A DNA stretch of 64,000 bases from Candidatus Bathyarchaeota archaeon (lineage in GTDB: Archaea; Thermoproteota; Bathyarchaeia; Bathyarchaeales; Bathycorpusculaceae). A program made the position numbers and the translations under genes. Shown in pieces: positions 30,420 through 43,125 of the stretch. The notes beneath the pieces are model-generated. The model worked only from the letters and a program-made list of their open reading frames with translations. It searched no databases and was not told the DNA's origin. Location: positions 160,001 through 224,000 of the forward strand of contig CAVYHV010000009.1 in assembly GCA_963768425.1 (NCBI GenBank), read 5' to 3'. The first letter of the stretch is position 1. Every line of letters starts with the position of its first letter.

Positions 30420-31424
30420 ATGAACAAAAAAGTGCTTGAAGCATTCAATGAGAAAACTGTGCTGGTAACTGGTGGAGCTGGAGCTATAGGTTCTAACTTG
30501 GTAAAAACGCTAAGTAACTTGGAAACAAAGAAAATCATAATCATAGATGACCTTTCTTCGTCTTATGAATGGAATATACCCGCAAGCCCAAAAGTTGCTT
30601 TCATAAGAGGCAGTATTCTTGATGATGAAAAGTTAAAGTGGGCGTTTAAAGAGAAACCTCAAATAGTGTATCATCTTGCTGCTCATTTTGCCAACCAAAA
30701 TTCAGTGGATAATCCTGAAACCGACTTGATGGTAAATGGAATGGGTACGTTGAAGGTTCTGGAGCACGCTCATTTGGTAGGCGTTGAACGCTTTATTTAT
30801 GCCTCTTCAGGATGTGGAATATACGGCGCAGACTCAAAAATGCCCTTTGAAGAACATGACGTATCAATGAAGCTTTATACGCCTTACCAAGTGACCAAGA
30901 TGTTAGGCGAACTCTACACTAACTATTACTACAACCTTTATCATCTTCCAATTGTTAATGCACGATTCTTCAATTCATATGGTCCAGGAGAAGTTCCAGG
31001 AAAATACCGAAACGTCATACCTAACTTCTTCTACTGGTCAATGAACAAACAGCCTCTCCCGATCACTGGGACTGGGGATGAAACAAGAGACTTCACTTAC
31101 GTAGATGATATCGTAAGCGGTTTGTTGGCAATGGCATCCTCGGAAGAAGCTGTTGGAGAGGCAATTAACCTTGCAACAGGGCGAAGAAATTAGAATCAGG
31201 TGACCTTGCAAAATGGATCCTTGACCTGACTGGGAACGATGCTGGAATTATTTTCAAAGAAAAGCGCGACTGGGACAAGAAGCCGCGACTCTTAGCTTCC
31301 ATTGAAAAGGCTAAGAAAGTTTTAGGATATGAACCACAAGGTGACATGAAAACTGGACTTGAAGAAAACTTATGACTGGTTCATAGAGCATCAAAGAGAA
31401 ATAGAAACAAGTGTCAAGTTTTGA
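30420..31424 (+). CDS. NAD-dependent epimerase/dehydratase, frameshifted near the 3' end
   Basis: TGGAGAIG, YQVTK, RFFNSYGP, ETRDF. Confidence 0.88.
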
Positions 31425-32820
31425 AAATTTTGCTTATTAACCCGCCTCAACTCACAAAGTATCCTCAGCCGCCTCTGGGTCTTGCTATGTTGGCAGCAGT
31501 TCTAGAGGAAAAAGGGTATTCGGTCAAGATAGTTGATTTAACTGCAATGGGGCTTTCTGAAAATGCAGTTCCTCAAATAATTCACGAAGAGAAGCCAGAG
31601 ATCGTAGGCGTTACTGCGATGACTTCTACAATTAATTCCGCAGTAAATGTTGCACGCAAGGTCAAGGAAAGTGATAGCAACATCTTGATTGTTCTTGGGG
31701 GTGCGCATGCGTCAATACTTCCTGAAGAAACTTTGCAGAAGAATCCTGAAATAGACATGATCGTTCGTGGAGAAGGCGAGAAAACAATCCTCGAACTTGT
31801 CGAAACAATAGAAAGAAAAATGGAGTGATTTAGGCAGCATTCTTGGGATTAACCTATAGAACAGAGTCTGGCGTAAAAAGTAATCCATCAAGACCTCCAA
31901 TCTTAGATTTAGATACATTGCCTTTTCCCGCCTTCCATTTGCTGCCCAAAGGAAAATATCGTTTGCATCCTCCCTTTGGCAGAAGATCGCCAGCTATGCC
32001 AATAATGGTTAGCAGAGGTTGCCCTTACCGATGCATTTTCTGTTCCAAATCGGTTTTCGGAAACAAATATCGAAACAATAGTCCAGTTTACGTTGTAAAC
32101 CAAATTCGGCTTTTGATTGAGAAGTTCGGTGTAAAAGAAATCAAGTTCTATGATGACGTATTTACCTTGATAGAAAGTGGGTTATGTCCATTTGTGCTGA
32201 ACTAAAGAAACAGGGAATAGATGTTCCTTGGACATGTGAGACCCGAGTGAATTTGGTGGATATTGAATTGCTTAAAACAATGAAAGCCGCTGGGTGTTAC
32301 ATGATTGCATATGGCGTCGAATCAGGGGATCAGAAGATTCTGAATTCGAGATCGGGAAGAATGTGACATTGGAGCAGATAACTAATGCCTTTGAGTTCAA
32401 CTCATGAAGCTGGGATCGGCACAGTTGGCTTATTTCATGCTTGGTGCTCCAAATGAAACAGCCTGAAACAATTAAGAAAACCATCGAATTCGCTAAAAGG
32501 ATTAATCCTGATTTCGTTCAATTTTCTATAGCCACTCCCTATCCTGGTACTGAACTTAATCGATTATACCGCTGAAAATGGATGCTTGCCTAAATCATGG
32601 GACGGTTATGTGTATGCAGATTTAAGGTCTGTTGACAGTTCTTTCTTTGAACTCACAACCATGAGTCGACAAGAATTGCGTGAAATGGAACAGAAAAGCT
32701 TACACTTCCTTTTACTTGAGATGGGGCTATGTTTGGAAAAGATTGAAGAAAATGAACTCATTTGCTGAACTAAAAACTAACGCTGTAGGCCTTCGAATGC
32801 TTTTAGACTTAGTTAAGTGA
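31421..32820 (+). CDS. B12-binding radical SAM protein, multiple frameshifts
   Basis: ILLINPP, GGAHAS, GEGE, RGCPYRCIFC, YGVESG, TPYPGT. Confidence 0.88.
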
Positions 32821-32826
32821 GTTAAT

Positions 32827-34037
32827 TTGAATATACTCTTTGTTCACGAAGTTGACTGGTCCACCAAAGTAGTTTTTGACCTGCACAGTCTATCAGAGTT
32901 ATTGTCTATCTTTGGCCACAAAGTTTTCGTGATCGATTTTCCAGGTTTACGTAATAGGAAGAGTCTTTTGGACTTTGGCTCCTTCAAAACCGAGGAATTT
33001 AAGAATGTCGCTGGCAGAGCTCATAGTAATAGCTCGATTACATTAATTCGGCCTGGTTTCATAAAAGCTCCATTTCTTGACAGAGCCTCTGCATTCTTCA
33101 CGCATTATGTTGCTATAGAGAAGGCAATTAAGAACAATAAGATTGACGTAATTGTTCTTTACTCAGTTCCCACTAATGGGTATCAAGTAGTACGCCTTGC
33201 AAAGAAATATGGGATTCCTGTAGTTTTCAGGTCGATTGACATTCTCCATGAGCTAGTGCCATCAAAAGTTTTTTAGTCCGCTCACATTTTCGCTCGAGAC
33301 ATGGGTTTACAAGCATGCGGATAAAATTTTAACGTTATCCCCGAAGCTTTCTGATTATGTAGTACGGATGGACGCCAACAAGAATGATGTAGAATTGCTC
33401 CTTTTTGGAGTAGATTTGAACAAATTTAACCCTTACGTGACATCTGCAGAACTCAAAAATAGTTTAGGGCTTATCTGAAGATGACTTGGTAGTACTTTAT
33501 ATTGGGACACTATTTGATTTTTCAGGTTTAGACATTTATTTAGAACAGTTTTCACAGAGTTGTTAAGAAAATACCAAATGCTAAACTGGTTATCGTGGGC
33601 GGTGGTGCATTATTTGGTAAACTGAAGAAACATGTTTCGAATTAAGGCTTACAGGAAATGTAATCTTAACTGGTTTCAAGCCTTTTGATATGATGCCTCA
33701 ATTTATCAACATGGCGAATATTTGCATAAACCCTTTCAAAGTTACTGGAGCAACAAGGGAAATTATTCCTGGAAAAATATTGCAGTATTTAGCATGCGGA
33801 AAACCTGTTTTGTCCACACCATTACCTGGAATGACTTCTTTTCTGAAAGGTCCGAAAGAAGGAGTGGTATATTCTTCATTAGATGAGTTTGCAGAAAGCA
33901 CCATCAAGCTACTAAGTGATGCTAATACGGCGAGTGCTATAGGGAAAAATGGTTACCTTTGGGTAAAAAACAATCATGATGAAATTCAAGTAGCTCGAAA
34001 GCTGGAAAAGATATTGAATCAAATGGCAGTCAATTAA
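32827..34037 (+). CDS. GT4 glycosyltransferase, frameshifted
   Basis: MNILFV start; PGKILQYLACGKPV. Confidence 0.85.
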
Positions 34038-34088
34038 CGGTGGTCTGTCAGGTACAAGATTTTTTAATAGTTTAAGAGTTCTTTTACT

Positions 34089-34819
34089 TTGAAAAAAAGC
34101 TCAGAATTACAATATGAGGCGAGTTTCAAATACTCTGAGGGTATACTTAACGGGACTCCAAATTCATGGAAAGAGTTTGCGTGGACCCGTGTAAGGCGTA
34201 GGACGATTGGCTATGTGCATGATTCAGTCCAAAGGGCGAGTAGGGTTTTGATAATTGGTGTAGGCGACGGAGGAATCCTGCCCCATTTAAGGTTAGATGA
34301 TAGCGTCCAGAAGATTGGAGTTGATGTAAACAAGAATTTTCTCATACAATCAAAGAAATATTGCGATGTTGTACTGGCATCTGCATCAAGCCTACCATTG
34401 AGAGACGAAAGGATAGATTTCGTGTTCTTCGAATTAATTCTTCATCATTTGAAGGGTCAAAAAACTTGAGTGCTACGATGGGCGAAGTACATAGAGTCCT
34501 TTTGGATAGCGGTAAGGTTATTGCGGTCGAACCTTCTTCAATGAATCCTTCAGGTTTTTTGCTGAATGCCATAAATAAGTTCCATTTTTACTCCAGATTG
34601 TTCGGAGGTTCAAATTACGAATATGCTTTGTCACCTAAGGATATTCGAAATGCTTTTTCTGATTTTTCTGAGGTAACAATTAAAGCGCTAACATTTCTTA
34701 ATCCACGTCTTCCCGTACCTGTCCAACGCATAATCTTGAATCATGAAAAATTTCTGTCTCGAATTGTGGCACAGTTTGCTTGGATAATTTTAATTAATGC
34801 CTGCAAGTCAGATAGGTGA
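34089..34819 (+). CDS. Class I SAM-dependent methyltransferase, frameshifted
   Basis: VLIIGVGDG, GVDV, LPL, ILHHL, EVHRVL..G.VIAVEP. Confidence 0.8.
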
Positions 34820-34829
34820 TTTAATTTTG

Positions 34830-35844
34830 ATGCCACCATATTTAGCATTTATAGCCAAAGTTAACGAAAAACTAGAAAGAAGTGTCTTGAAGGTCTTAAG
34901 TTTATCAATTGGAAAGAGCACATAATACGGACTCCGTTGTATTTGTAAAACCAAATTTTACTTTCCCACATTACAAAGAAGGGATAACCACAAGTCCAGC
35001 ATTACTAGAAACATGCTCGAAAAACTAAAGGATCGCAGCAGCAACGTAATCTTAGGAGAATCCGACGGAGGAAATTATTCTTTCACTACTGAAGACTCTT
35101 TTAAAGGACATGACATGTATAAAATATGCCGAAGATGTAGGAGTGGAGTTAGTAAATCTTTCCAAGTTACCATCAAGATTTATTGAATCCAAAATACAAG
35201 GCAAGATAGTCAAGGTGCAACTACCCAAGTTGCTATTAAACGATGTTGATTGTTTTATTTCAGTTCCAACTCTGAAAGTCCACGTCATGACTCAAGTGAG
35301 TTTAGGCATGAAAAATCTGTGGGGTTGTTACCCAGATACTATGAGAGGCTTGCGTCATCAAAATCTTGCCTACAAGCTTGTATTATTGGCAAAACTTCTG
35401 AATCCAAGAATAACGATTATCGATGGCCTTTATAGTTTGGATGGGCATGGTCCAATGTTTGGCGAGCCTGTGAAAACTGACATTATTATCGCAGCAAATA
35501 ACGTTGTAGTAGCCGACACGCTCGGGACTCAAATCATGAAAATGCCTCTAAAGAAAGTTAAGCACATTCACATAGCGGAAAAAGAAGGCATTGGCACAAC
35601 AAAATTGGAAACCGTAAACATCAATGTAGGGTGGGAAAGATACTGCCGGCAATTTCAGGTAAGGAAGACAATATTAGATAACGCATCAATGCTGCTTTTC
35701 CAAAGTGACATTGCCGCAAGACTAGTCATGGACTCTCCTTTTACTCCGATAATATACCGCTTGGCCGGAAGTTTAAGGTCTGCAGATGAGAAAACAATCG
35801 TAAGCCAATTAGGCAACACCCAAGGTTTTATTAACAACCAATGA
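34830..35844 (+). CDS. DUF362 domain protein, frameshifted
   Basis: VFVKPNFT, GITTSP, GESDGG, ISVPTLKVH, LGMKNLWG, IIDG..GP. Confidence 0.82.
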
Positions 35845-37013
35845 AAATCCTACAAGTGATACCCTTTTTCTCCATGTCTTGTGGAGGCTCAGCTCGTCAA
35901 TCTTACGAGATTTCTAATTGGTTATCTAAAAATGGACATGAAGTCACAGTTTTTACAAGTGATTTCAAACTAAGCCCAGAATGGATAAAAGTTTGCCACA
36001 AGTAAAAGTTTACCCTTTTAAGGCAATGTTCTGCTTGGCAAGTTTTTTCGTGACTCCTGACTTAATAAGACAGGGCGAAAAGATGATAGAGAGTTTGGCG
36101 TAATTCATATGCATAATTACAGAAGCTTTCAAAATATAGCTGTAGCCCACTATGCAAAAAAATCTGGGGTTCCTTACGTTTTGCAGGCTCACGGTTCGCT
36201 TCCTAAGATAATGGGCAAACAAAGATTGAAATGGCTTTATGATGTTTTATTTGGCTATAGACTGCTGAAGAATGCTTCAAAAGTCATCGCGCTTACCCCA
36301 TTTGAAGCTCAGCAGTACATAGATTTTGGCGTGCCTGAGGAGAAAATCGAGATTATACCTAACGGGATTGATTTGTCAAGATATCATAACTTCTGCCCAA
36401 AGGCTTTTCAGGAAAAAGTTTAACATAAGTGAAGAGATGAAAATAGTGTTATATTTGGGTAGGATTCACAAAATTAAAGGACTTGACATTCTTGTCAGAG
36501 CTTTCGCGAATATTGTTAAAGAGTTGGATGATGTTAAACTTGTAATAGTATCGGTCCGACGATGGTTACCTTCGGGAACTTGAAACGTTAATTAGACTTT
36601 TGGAAATCCCGAATAATGTGCAAATCGTTGGTTATTTGTCTGGTAAAGATAAACTCACGGCCTATGTTGACGCAGATGTATATGTTTTGCCTTCGAGATA
36701 CGAGATATTCGGAATAACTGTTCTTGAGAGTGTCGCATGTGGAACTCCAATAATAATTACCGATGTCTGTGGATTAGCTGATTATTTTGGGGATAAAGTA
36801 GGTATGGTTGTTAAGGCAGATTCTATATCTCAGTTGCAAGAAGCGTTACTTGAAATGCTTGTAAACAAAAAAAGACGAGAAATATATGAGGAAAACTGTA
36901 AAAACGCGTTGGAGAAATTCAGCATTTATGCAATTGTTTTACAGATCGAAAAAATATATGAAAGCTTAGCAAGTAATCGTTCTAAAATGAACTTTTCCGT
37001 TGGATCAAATTGA
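35841..37013 (+). CDS. GT4 glycosyltransferase, frameshifted
   Basis: MKILQV, HGS, IPNGID, GRIHKIKG, PSRYEIFGITVLE. Confidence 0.87.
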
Positions 37014-38259
37014 AGATATTATTTCTATCTTCAGAACCCCCTTACCCGCCTATAAATGGCGTCAGAATCAAGACCTTCAATCTAATTAAAGGACTGCACG
37101 AAAGAGGCCACAAAATACACCTAATTTCTTTCAATCGCTCTTTGCCAATTCTGAAACAATTACTAGCGAACTGAAGAAATATTGTTCAAGCATGCAGTTT
37201 TTTGAGCTAAGTGATTGCCCGAGTGATCTTATAAAAAACGCGATATATAGTATTAACAGTAGTGATGTTATTAATTTTAGGTTTAAATCAAATGGCTTTA
37301 GAAACGCAATTATTAATGCCGTCAAAAATACTGAAGTTGATTTAGTTCATTTTGATTTAATTTCTTTAACGCACTTTGTTAAGTCAATTTCAAAACTTGC
37401 TCCTTCTGTTGCCTCCATTAACGATAGTTACTCGTTATGGTTAAAGAATAAGTTATTGCGGTTGCCTTGTTACAGCTTAGAATCTTTAGTTGATAAGGCG
37501 TATTATAGCACGACTTTCCCATTGGCAACTCTTTACGAGAAAGGCATTCTTGAGAGTTTCCAGAAGGTTCACGTGGTTTCTAATGTGGATGCGGTTTATC
37601 TCCGCAGTCTTAACCCAGCGTTGGACGTAGAGATGATTCCAAATGGTGTTGATACCGAATATTTCAAGCCGTCGGGTTTAACAACGGATGAGCCTACCTT
37701 GGTTTACGTAGCTTCTATGCATAGCGAGAACGCTAGCACTGCTTTATGGTTTATTAGAAAGGTTTTCGTAAAAGTGAGAAAGCGAATTTCGGGAATAAAG
37801 TTGTATTTGGTTGGAAAAGATCCTGATTCTGTGTTGCTTTCTGAAGCTATGCGGAATAAAAATGTGATTGTTACTGGCTATGTAAATGATATTAGACCTT
37901 TTATTGATAGTGCCACAGTTGTAGTTGATCCAGCCACGAAGTGTTGTGGAATTTTTAACCATGTTTTGCAGTCTATGGCTATGGGCAAGGTTGTGGTCGG
38001 AACCCGTTCGAGCTTCTTGGCGATTAAAGGTGCTGTGTCTTGGAAAAATGTAGTTGTGGCAAAGAATGAAACGGATTTTGCCTCAAGTATAGTGTGTTTG
38101 GTGGAGAATGCGTCTGAAAGAAAGACTATAGGGGCGAATGCTCGGCGTCTTATTGAGCAGGGCTATAAGTGGTCTGCTATGATACCTCGTTATGAAAAGA
38201 TGTATGCTGCGGCAATTGAGAAGTTTGGAGACAGTGTTCCTTGTCGGGTAGCCCAGTGA
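37010..38259 (+). CDS. GT4 glycosyltransferase, one 5' frameshift
   Basis: MKILFLSSEPPYPPING; IPNGVD; SMAMGKVVV. Confidence 0.87.
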
Positions 38260-38264
38260 ATGTG

Positions 38265-39098
38265 ATGGAAACTCCTTTGGTGTCAGTTGTTTTGCCAACG
38301 TTTAATCGTGCTTCGATGATTGGCGCCAGTATCAAGTCTGTGCAGGAGCAGAGCTACCGCAATTTAGAACTTATCATAATCAATGATTGTTCTTCTGATG
38401 GTACTTATGAGTTGTTGCGGGATCTTGCTAGTTTTGGTGATCGGATACGAGTGTTTCATAATCAGCAGCGGTTGGGGCTGCCTGCTTCGCGTAACAAGGG
38501 TGTTTTGCATTCAAGGGGGTCATTGGTGTTTTTTTCGGAAGACGATCTTATCTTGGGTCCTGATTGTATTTCGGTATTGGTTGATTCTTTTAGATGCTTG
38601 CGTCGTAAAGGGCACAAAGTCGGTGCAGTGGGTCCTCGTCTGATAACAGTTTTAACAGGTCCCGCAAGAACTAAAGGAAAGGAACAAGGAAAACGCCTAG
38701 TCCAAATAAGTCCAATAACAGGTTTTGTCAAAATAAATTTTGGGTTGAACATCGTGGGCCCTGTCATAGTGGAAACCCTTCATGCTTGCTCTTTAATTCC
38801 CAGAGCCGCAATTCTCGAAGTCGGTGGTTATGAACCCAAACTATATAAAGGAAATTACAGCGGTGAAGAAACAGATTTCTATCTCCGTCTTCAAAAGAAA
38901 GGTTACTCCTTGTTCTTCGAGCCTAAATCAGTAGTGAAACACTATTTCGGTAAAGTTGGCGGTACCATTCTTCCCTCAAAATTCTCGCAAGAATATTATA
39001 ACATGCGAAACCATTTGATGTATCTGGTTCGGTTCTATGGAGTATCAACCATCTTCATGTTTCCGTGTTTCCTTTTCAAAAAACTTGTTCTAAGGTGA
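38265..39098 (+). CDS. GT2 glycosyltransferase
   Basis: VSVVLPTFNR, NDCSSD, SEDD, EETDF. Confidence 0.9.
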   Translation: METPLVSVVLPTFNRASMIGASIKSVQEQSYRNLELIIINDCSSDGTYELLRDLASFGDRIRVFHNQQRLGLPASRNKGVLHSRGSLVFFSEDDLILGPDCISVLVDSFRCLRRKGHKVGAVGPRLITVLTGPARTKGKEQGKRLVQISPITGFVKINFGLNIVGPVIVETLHACSLIPRAAILEVGGYEPKLYKGNYSGEETDFYLRLQKKGYSLFFEPKSVVKHYFGKVGGTILPSKFSQEYYNMRNHLMYLVRFYGVSTIFMFPCFLFKKLVLR

Positions 39099-39107
39099 AC
39101 AATAAAA

Positions 39108-40167
39108 GTGAAAATGCTGATTACTCCATATGAATATTCCGAGTTCGCGGGTGGTGTGGAAGTTTTTTCTGAAAATCTCAAAAAAATCTTCCCTGATCTC
39201 ATAACAATAACAAACTCAAAAGTTTATTTGAGCAATACTGATTTATATCTAAAATTCTTCAGAAATAATGATGTTGTTTCTTCATTAATATCTAATAGAA
39301 TGGCTATTAAAACTATGAAACGGGTACATGTTGATGTTTTATTTGTAAATGGATTATACGGCTGGTACTTGACGCTTAAAAAGCCTGAGGTACCAATTAA
39401 TAAATATATTTCATGGATGCTACGGTGGAGTGGCAAATTATATACTAAAGCAAGGTCGGAAGCTTTTATTTCATTACTAAAAGACTACCTCGGATTCATT
39501 GAACATTTAAGTGCCTCTGGAAAAGTTGTAGTGTCGGTATCTGAATTTGTACGTGATTTGTTAAAGCAGTATTATGATATTGATAGTATCGTAATTCCGA
39601 ATGGGGTGGATTTAGAGGTTTTTGAACCAATAGGAAAACTCAAGGCACGAAAGATGCTGTTCTTGCCTGCTGACAGAAGAATAGGCATATTTGTTGGTCC
39701 TCTTTCTTACAGTAAAGGATTTGATATAATCGTCAAACTTGCAAAGGAAAACCCGACCACACTTTTCATAGTCGTTTCGCGGGAAGTGCCAAGTTCTTGG
39801 ATTTTTCCTAACATACTTTCGTTTTCCAATGTTTCACACCTTGATATGCCGAAGTTCTACTCCGCAGCCGATTTCTTTATTTTTCCTTCAAGATTCGAAG
39901 GATGCAGTTTATCTATTCTAGAGGCGATGGCATGTAACGTACCTGTAATTACTTCTGCCACCGGTTCGTTTTATGCTCTAAACGGTTTGCAGACTTTCGG
40001 ATATGTGATGCCTTTAACGGGAAATATAGATGATTACAACATGGCCATCTCACATGTGCTCGAAGAGAACGACTGATTTTTTCCCAAGAGAGCATATTCA
40101 CAAAAACTATTCGCTTGATTTATTTAGGGATCGTTATCAAAACCTTATTAAAAAAACCATTGCATAG
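39108..40167 (+). CDS. GT4 glycosyltransferase, frameshifted
   Basis: GGVE, IPNGVD, PSRFEGCSLSILEAMAC; C-terminus continues in another frame to 40167. Confidence 0.85.
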
Positions 40168-40204
40168 CTTAACGATCTCGTCAAGTTTTTAGTTACTGTA
40201 CCTG

Positions 40205-42679
40205 ATGCGATTGAGGCGACGTAGTTTGCCGCGAGTTCGAGTAATAATACAACCTCTTGTTAGGCAAATAGTTTATGCTATGACGGCGGTTCTTTTGATT
40301 TTTATTCTTCTGTCTACTTTGAAGGTATACCAAGGTTTTGACGTCTTATTATCTCGTTACCTAACTGTTCCGCAACAATCTTTGGCGCCTTATTTAGTGC
40401 AAACAGGTGAATTGAGCTCGCCTATGGGAAGTCTGATGAGCGGCTTTATATCGTTAACAACGATTACTGGAAGTGTTACGAATTTTTATGACGTTTTTTC
40501 GTTCTTTTTGGTGTGGATGATTGTCGCACTTATATATTTACTTGCGACAAAAAAGATCGCACTAAGTCTACTATTATCCCTCGCTACGTTTGTCATTACT
40601 TTTTTAATCGCCGGTCGATACTATTTGTTGAACAACACTAATGTTTTGAATAACTTAAATCTGTTTTTCATTGAAATACTACTAGTTTTTGTTTCTTATT
40701 TTGCATCTCTCTATCTCTCAGGTATTTTTTGGAAAAAATCCAAGTTTATAGCCTTTTTGTTACTTGGAAGTATTGCCTTAGGTTACTGTATAATATTAGC
40801 TTTTTCGGTTCCTCCCCTATCAATTTTATATTTAATTTGGTTTTTTGTCTTGGTCTTACCAGTTGGTATACTTGCATGGTTATCTGTTTCTATAGGAATA
40901 GGGAGTATGTCGCCATGGTCAGTTCGCGATATTTTAATGAGTATGGTTTTTGGAACCATATTTTTATGTCTCGTTAGTTGGTTTCTGCTTCAAATAGGAG
41001 CTATGACCCTACCAAATTTGGTTCTTTTAGAAGTAGCCTCAATAGTAGCTCTTCTATTATTTGTGAAGAAACGAGCGCTTCTAAAGCTTAGATCTATTCG
41101 AATTTATTCTTTACCCACCTTTGAGTCTTCACTAATTCTTGCCATTACCCTATCTCTAGTTTTTGTTCTGGAAATTGGTTGGTTTAATGTTTCTTTTAAT
41201 CAAATTCCTTGGTTGGATGCATGGATGTGGTGGGGACAAGGTCTATCTTCAGCATTTGTAGGAAAAGTGTGGGACGTAGGGTATCTTAGCATAGGTAATA
41301 GCCCACCAGTTCAATCGTTACTTGGATCTGTTTTTTCTTTACACCCTGATGTAATATCGTCAATTTATTTTATGAAGATATTTTCGCTATTCTTAATCTT
41401 TTTTACATCGCTCTTAGTTTTCTTTCTTTCCGGTTTACTGCTATCTAAAATTCCGAAGCTAAATAAAGATCTCTTTTTTGTTCGTGGCTTCTCAGTTTTA
41501 TGCTTTATGACTACTTCGTGGGTTCTTTTTTATGCAGTAACATTTGTGCGAGAACTCCTTGGAATTCCCATATTAGTAATGATTTTATGTTTAATGAATT
41601 TGAATGCTCGGAACACAAGGCTTCAATTCTTTCTCTGCATATGTTTATCAATTTTCGTTTTCTTTGTGAGCCCTTTAACTGCGTTCTATTCCAGTTTCTT
41701 AGCCGGTATATTGTTCTTGGTTCTTATTGTCAAATTGAAAGATAAATCTTCAAGTAGACTTTATTTTCTACTTTCATTATTATTGGCTGTAATACTTGCT
41801 TTTTTTTTGGTAATGGCGCTGATATTTCCTCTTGCGCCTGGTGTTCCGAGCCTTTTCACAAGTATACATTTTAATTTGATCTCTCCATCACAATTGGTTT
41901 ATTTTTTGATCAATGGTGGTGGACTGTTAAGCTTTGTGTTTGCCGCTTTAGGTCTTTGGTTCATACTTTTTAGGGCAAAGTCTAACATCAGTATGTTCAT
42001 TTCAGTTTTATTTTTTGCGTTTATTCTACTAATTACATTCGTTTTTCCAATTACTGATGTATTATATCAACATGCTGAATTTTTCGGAATAGCTGTTTCT
42101 ATCCTAAGCCCCATAGGTATAATTGCAGTTCTTGATTTATTTGAAAGGAATAATTTTTTTGGCAAGAAGATTACTGCAACAAATAGGCGAGCTATTGTGT
42201 TAGTGCTTCTTTTTACAATTTTGATCGCTCAGTTTTCTTACGGCTTTGCTCACGCCTCAAATATTGATCGCACCAATGAAAGCGAAGTAGTCAATCTCCT
42301 AATGAATCTCAATAATGAAATACCGAGCAATGCTATAGTTTTGGTAGATGGTCCGCTTGTTTACAAAAGTTTGGGATTCCTTGCTCCAAGGGATGTTCAG
42401 ACTTGGGGTCTGATCAAGGCATATCAAGATGCAATAAGTAATACGACAACTCTACTTAACCTAATTGATTTTTCAATTAGAAATAACGTTTATTTCGTTT
42501 CAGTTTCAGGAGGCGATTATTTTTTAGACAACTTGCGGTCTTCTGTTTTAGTCAATATTGACGTTGTTCTAAAAAACTATAGCGTTTCTATGGATTATCT
42601 TGGAACGCCATTTATGTTAACCTATGGTTATCGCGATGTCTATTTGTTTAACTTTTCTTACGTAGTTCAAATACCGTGA
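40205..42679 (+). CDS. Large polytopic membrane protein (GT-C/polymerase-like)
   Basis: About 20 hydrophobic segments, WLDAW loop, soluble C-terminus; AT-rich. Confidence 0.7.
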   Translation: MRLRRRSLPRVRVIIQPLVRQIVYAMTAVLLIFILLSTLKVYQGFDVLLSRYLTVPQQSLAPYLVQTGELSSPMGSLMSGFISLTTITGSVTNFYDVFSFFLVWMIVALIYLLATKKIALSLLLSLATFVITFLIAGRYYLLNNTNVLNNLNLFFIEILLVFVSYFASLYLSGIFWKKSKFIAFLLLGSIALGYCIILAFSVPPLSILYLIWFFVLVLPVGILAWLSVSIGIGSMSPWSVRDILMSMVFGTIFLCLVSWFLLQIGAMTLPNLVLLEVASIVALLLFVKKRALLKLRSIRIYSLPTFESSLILAITLSLVFVLEIGWFNVSFNQIPWLDAWMWWGQGLSSAFVGKVWDVGYLSIGNSPPVQSLLGSVFSLHPDVISSIYFMKIFSLFLIFFTSLLVFFLSGLLLSKIPKLNKDLFFVRGFSVLCFMTTSWVLFYAVTFVRELLGIPILVMILCLMNLNARNTRLQFFLCICLSIFVFFVSPLTAFYSSFLAGILFLVLIVKLKDKSSSRLYFLLSLLLAVILAFFLVMALIFPLAPGVPSLFTSIHFNLISPSQLVYFLINGGGLLSFVFAALGLWFILFRAKSNISMFISVLFFAFILLITFVFPITDVLYQHAEFFGIAVSILSPIGIIAVLDLFERNNFFGKKITATNRRAIVLVLLFTILIAQFSYGFAHASNIDRTNESEVVNLLMNLNNEIPSNAIVLVDGPLVYKSLGFLAPRDVQTWGLIKAYQDAISNTTTLLNLIDFSIRNNVYFVSVSGGDYFLDNLRSSVLVNIDVVLKNYSVSMDYLGTPFMLTYGYRDVYLFNFSYVVQIP

Positions 42680-43125
42680 ACAACGCAATTACAATTCCAC
42701 TTGATCAATTTGAGGTCCAACCTGAAATGAGTAACAATGTGAAAGATTATACCATCGGATACACCTACCCTGTGTTAAATCTTTCAATAAATTCTTATAA
42801 TACTTCTTCAGCGTACACTTGGCTACGCTTAGAACTTTCAAAAAATGTCTCATTTGCAGATTATCCTTCAGTGTTCTTAGATTTGAATGGAAGTCAAAAT
42901 TCATTTTTCAATTTAGGCTTTGGAAATTCTTCACAGCCGCTGTGCTTTGTCGGGGAAACTTCCACTGGACAAAAGAATTATGTTTTCAGCTTAACCAACC
43001 TTAAGCAAACTGGATCTAACGTTTCTTATAATGACACAAGATTTGTTTGGCTTGCTATATCTGGGAACGGAGAATCCTCTTATTCCTTTAATGTGAGTGC
43101 AATAATTTTCTTTAATCTTCGATAG
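42676..43125 (+). CDS. Hypothetical beta-rich protein, possibly the frameshifted C-terminal domain of the upstream gene
   Basis: 4-bp overlap; many N-x-S/T sequons but no signal peptide. Confidence 0.55.
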   Translation: MNNAITIPLDQFEVQPEMSNNVKDYTIGYTYPVLNLSINSYNTSSAYTWLRLELSKNVSFADYPSVFLDLNGSQNSFFNLGFGNSSQPLCFVGETSTGQKNYVFSLTNLKQTGSNVSYNDTRFVWLAISGNGESSYSFNVSAIIFFNLR

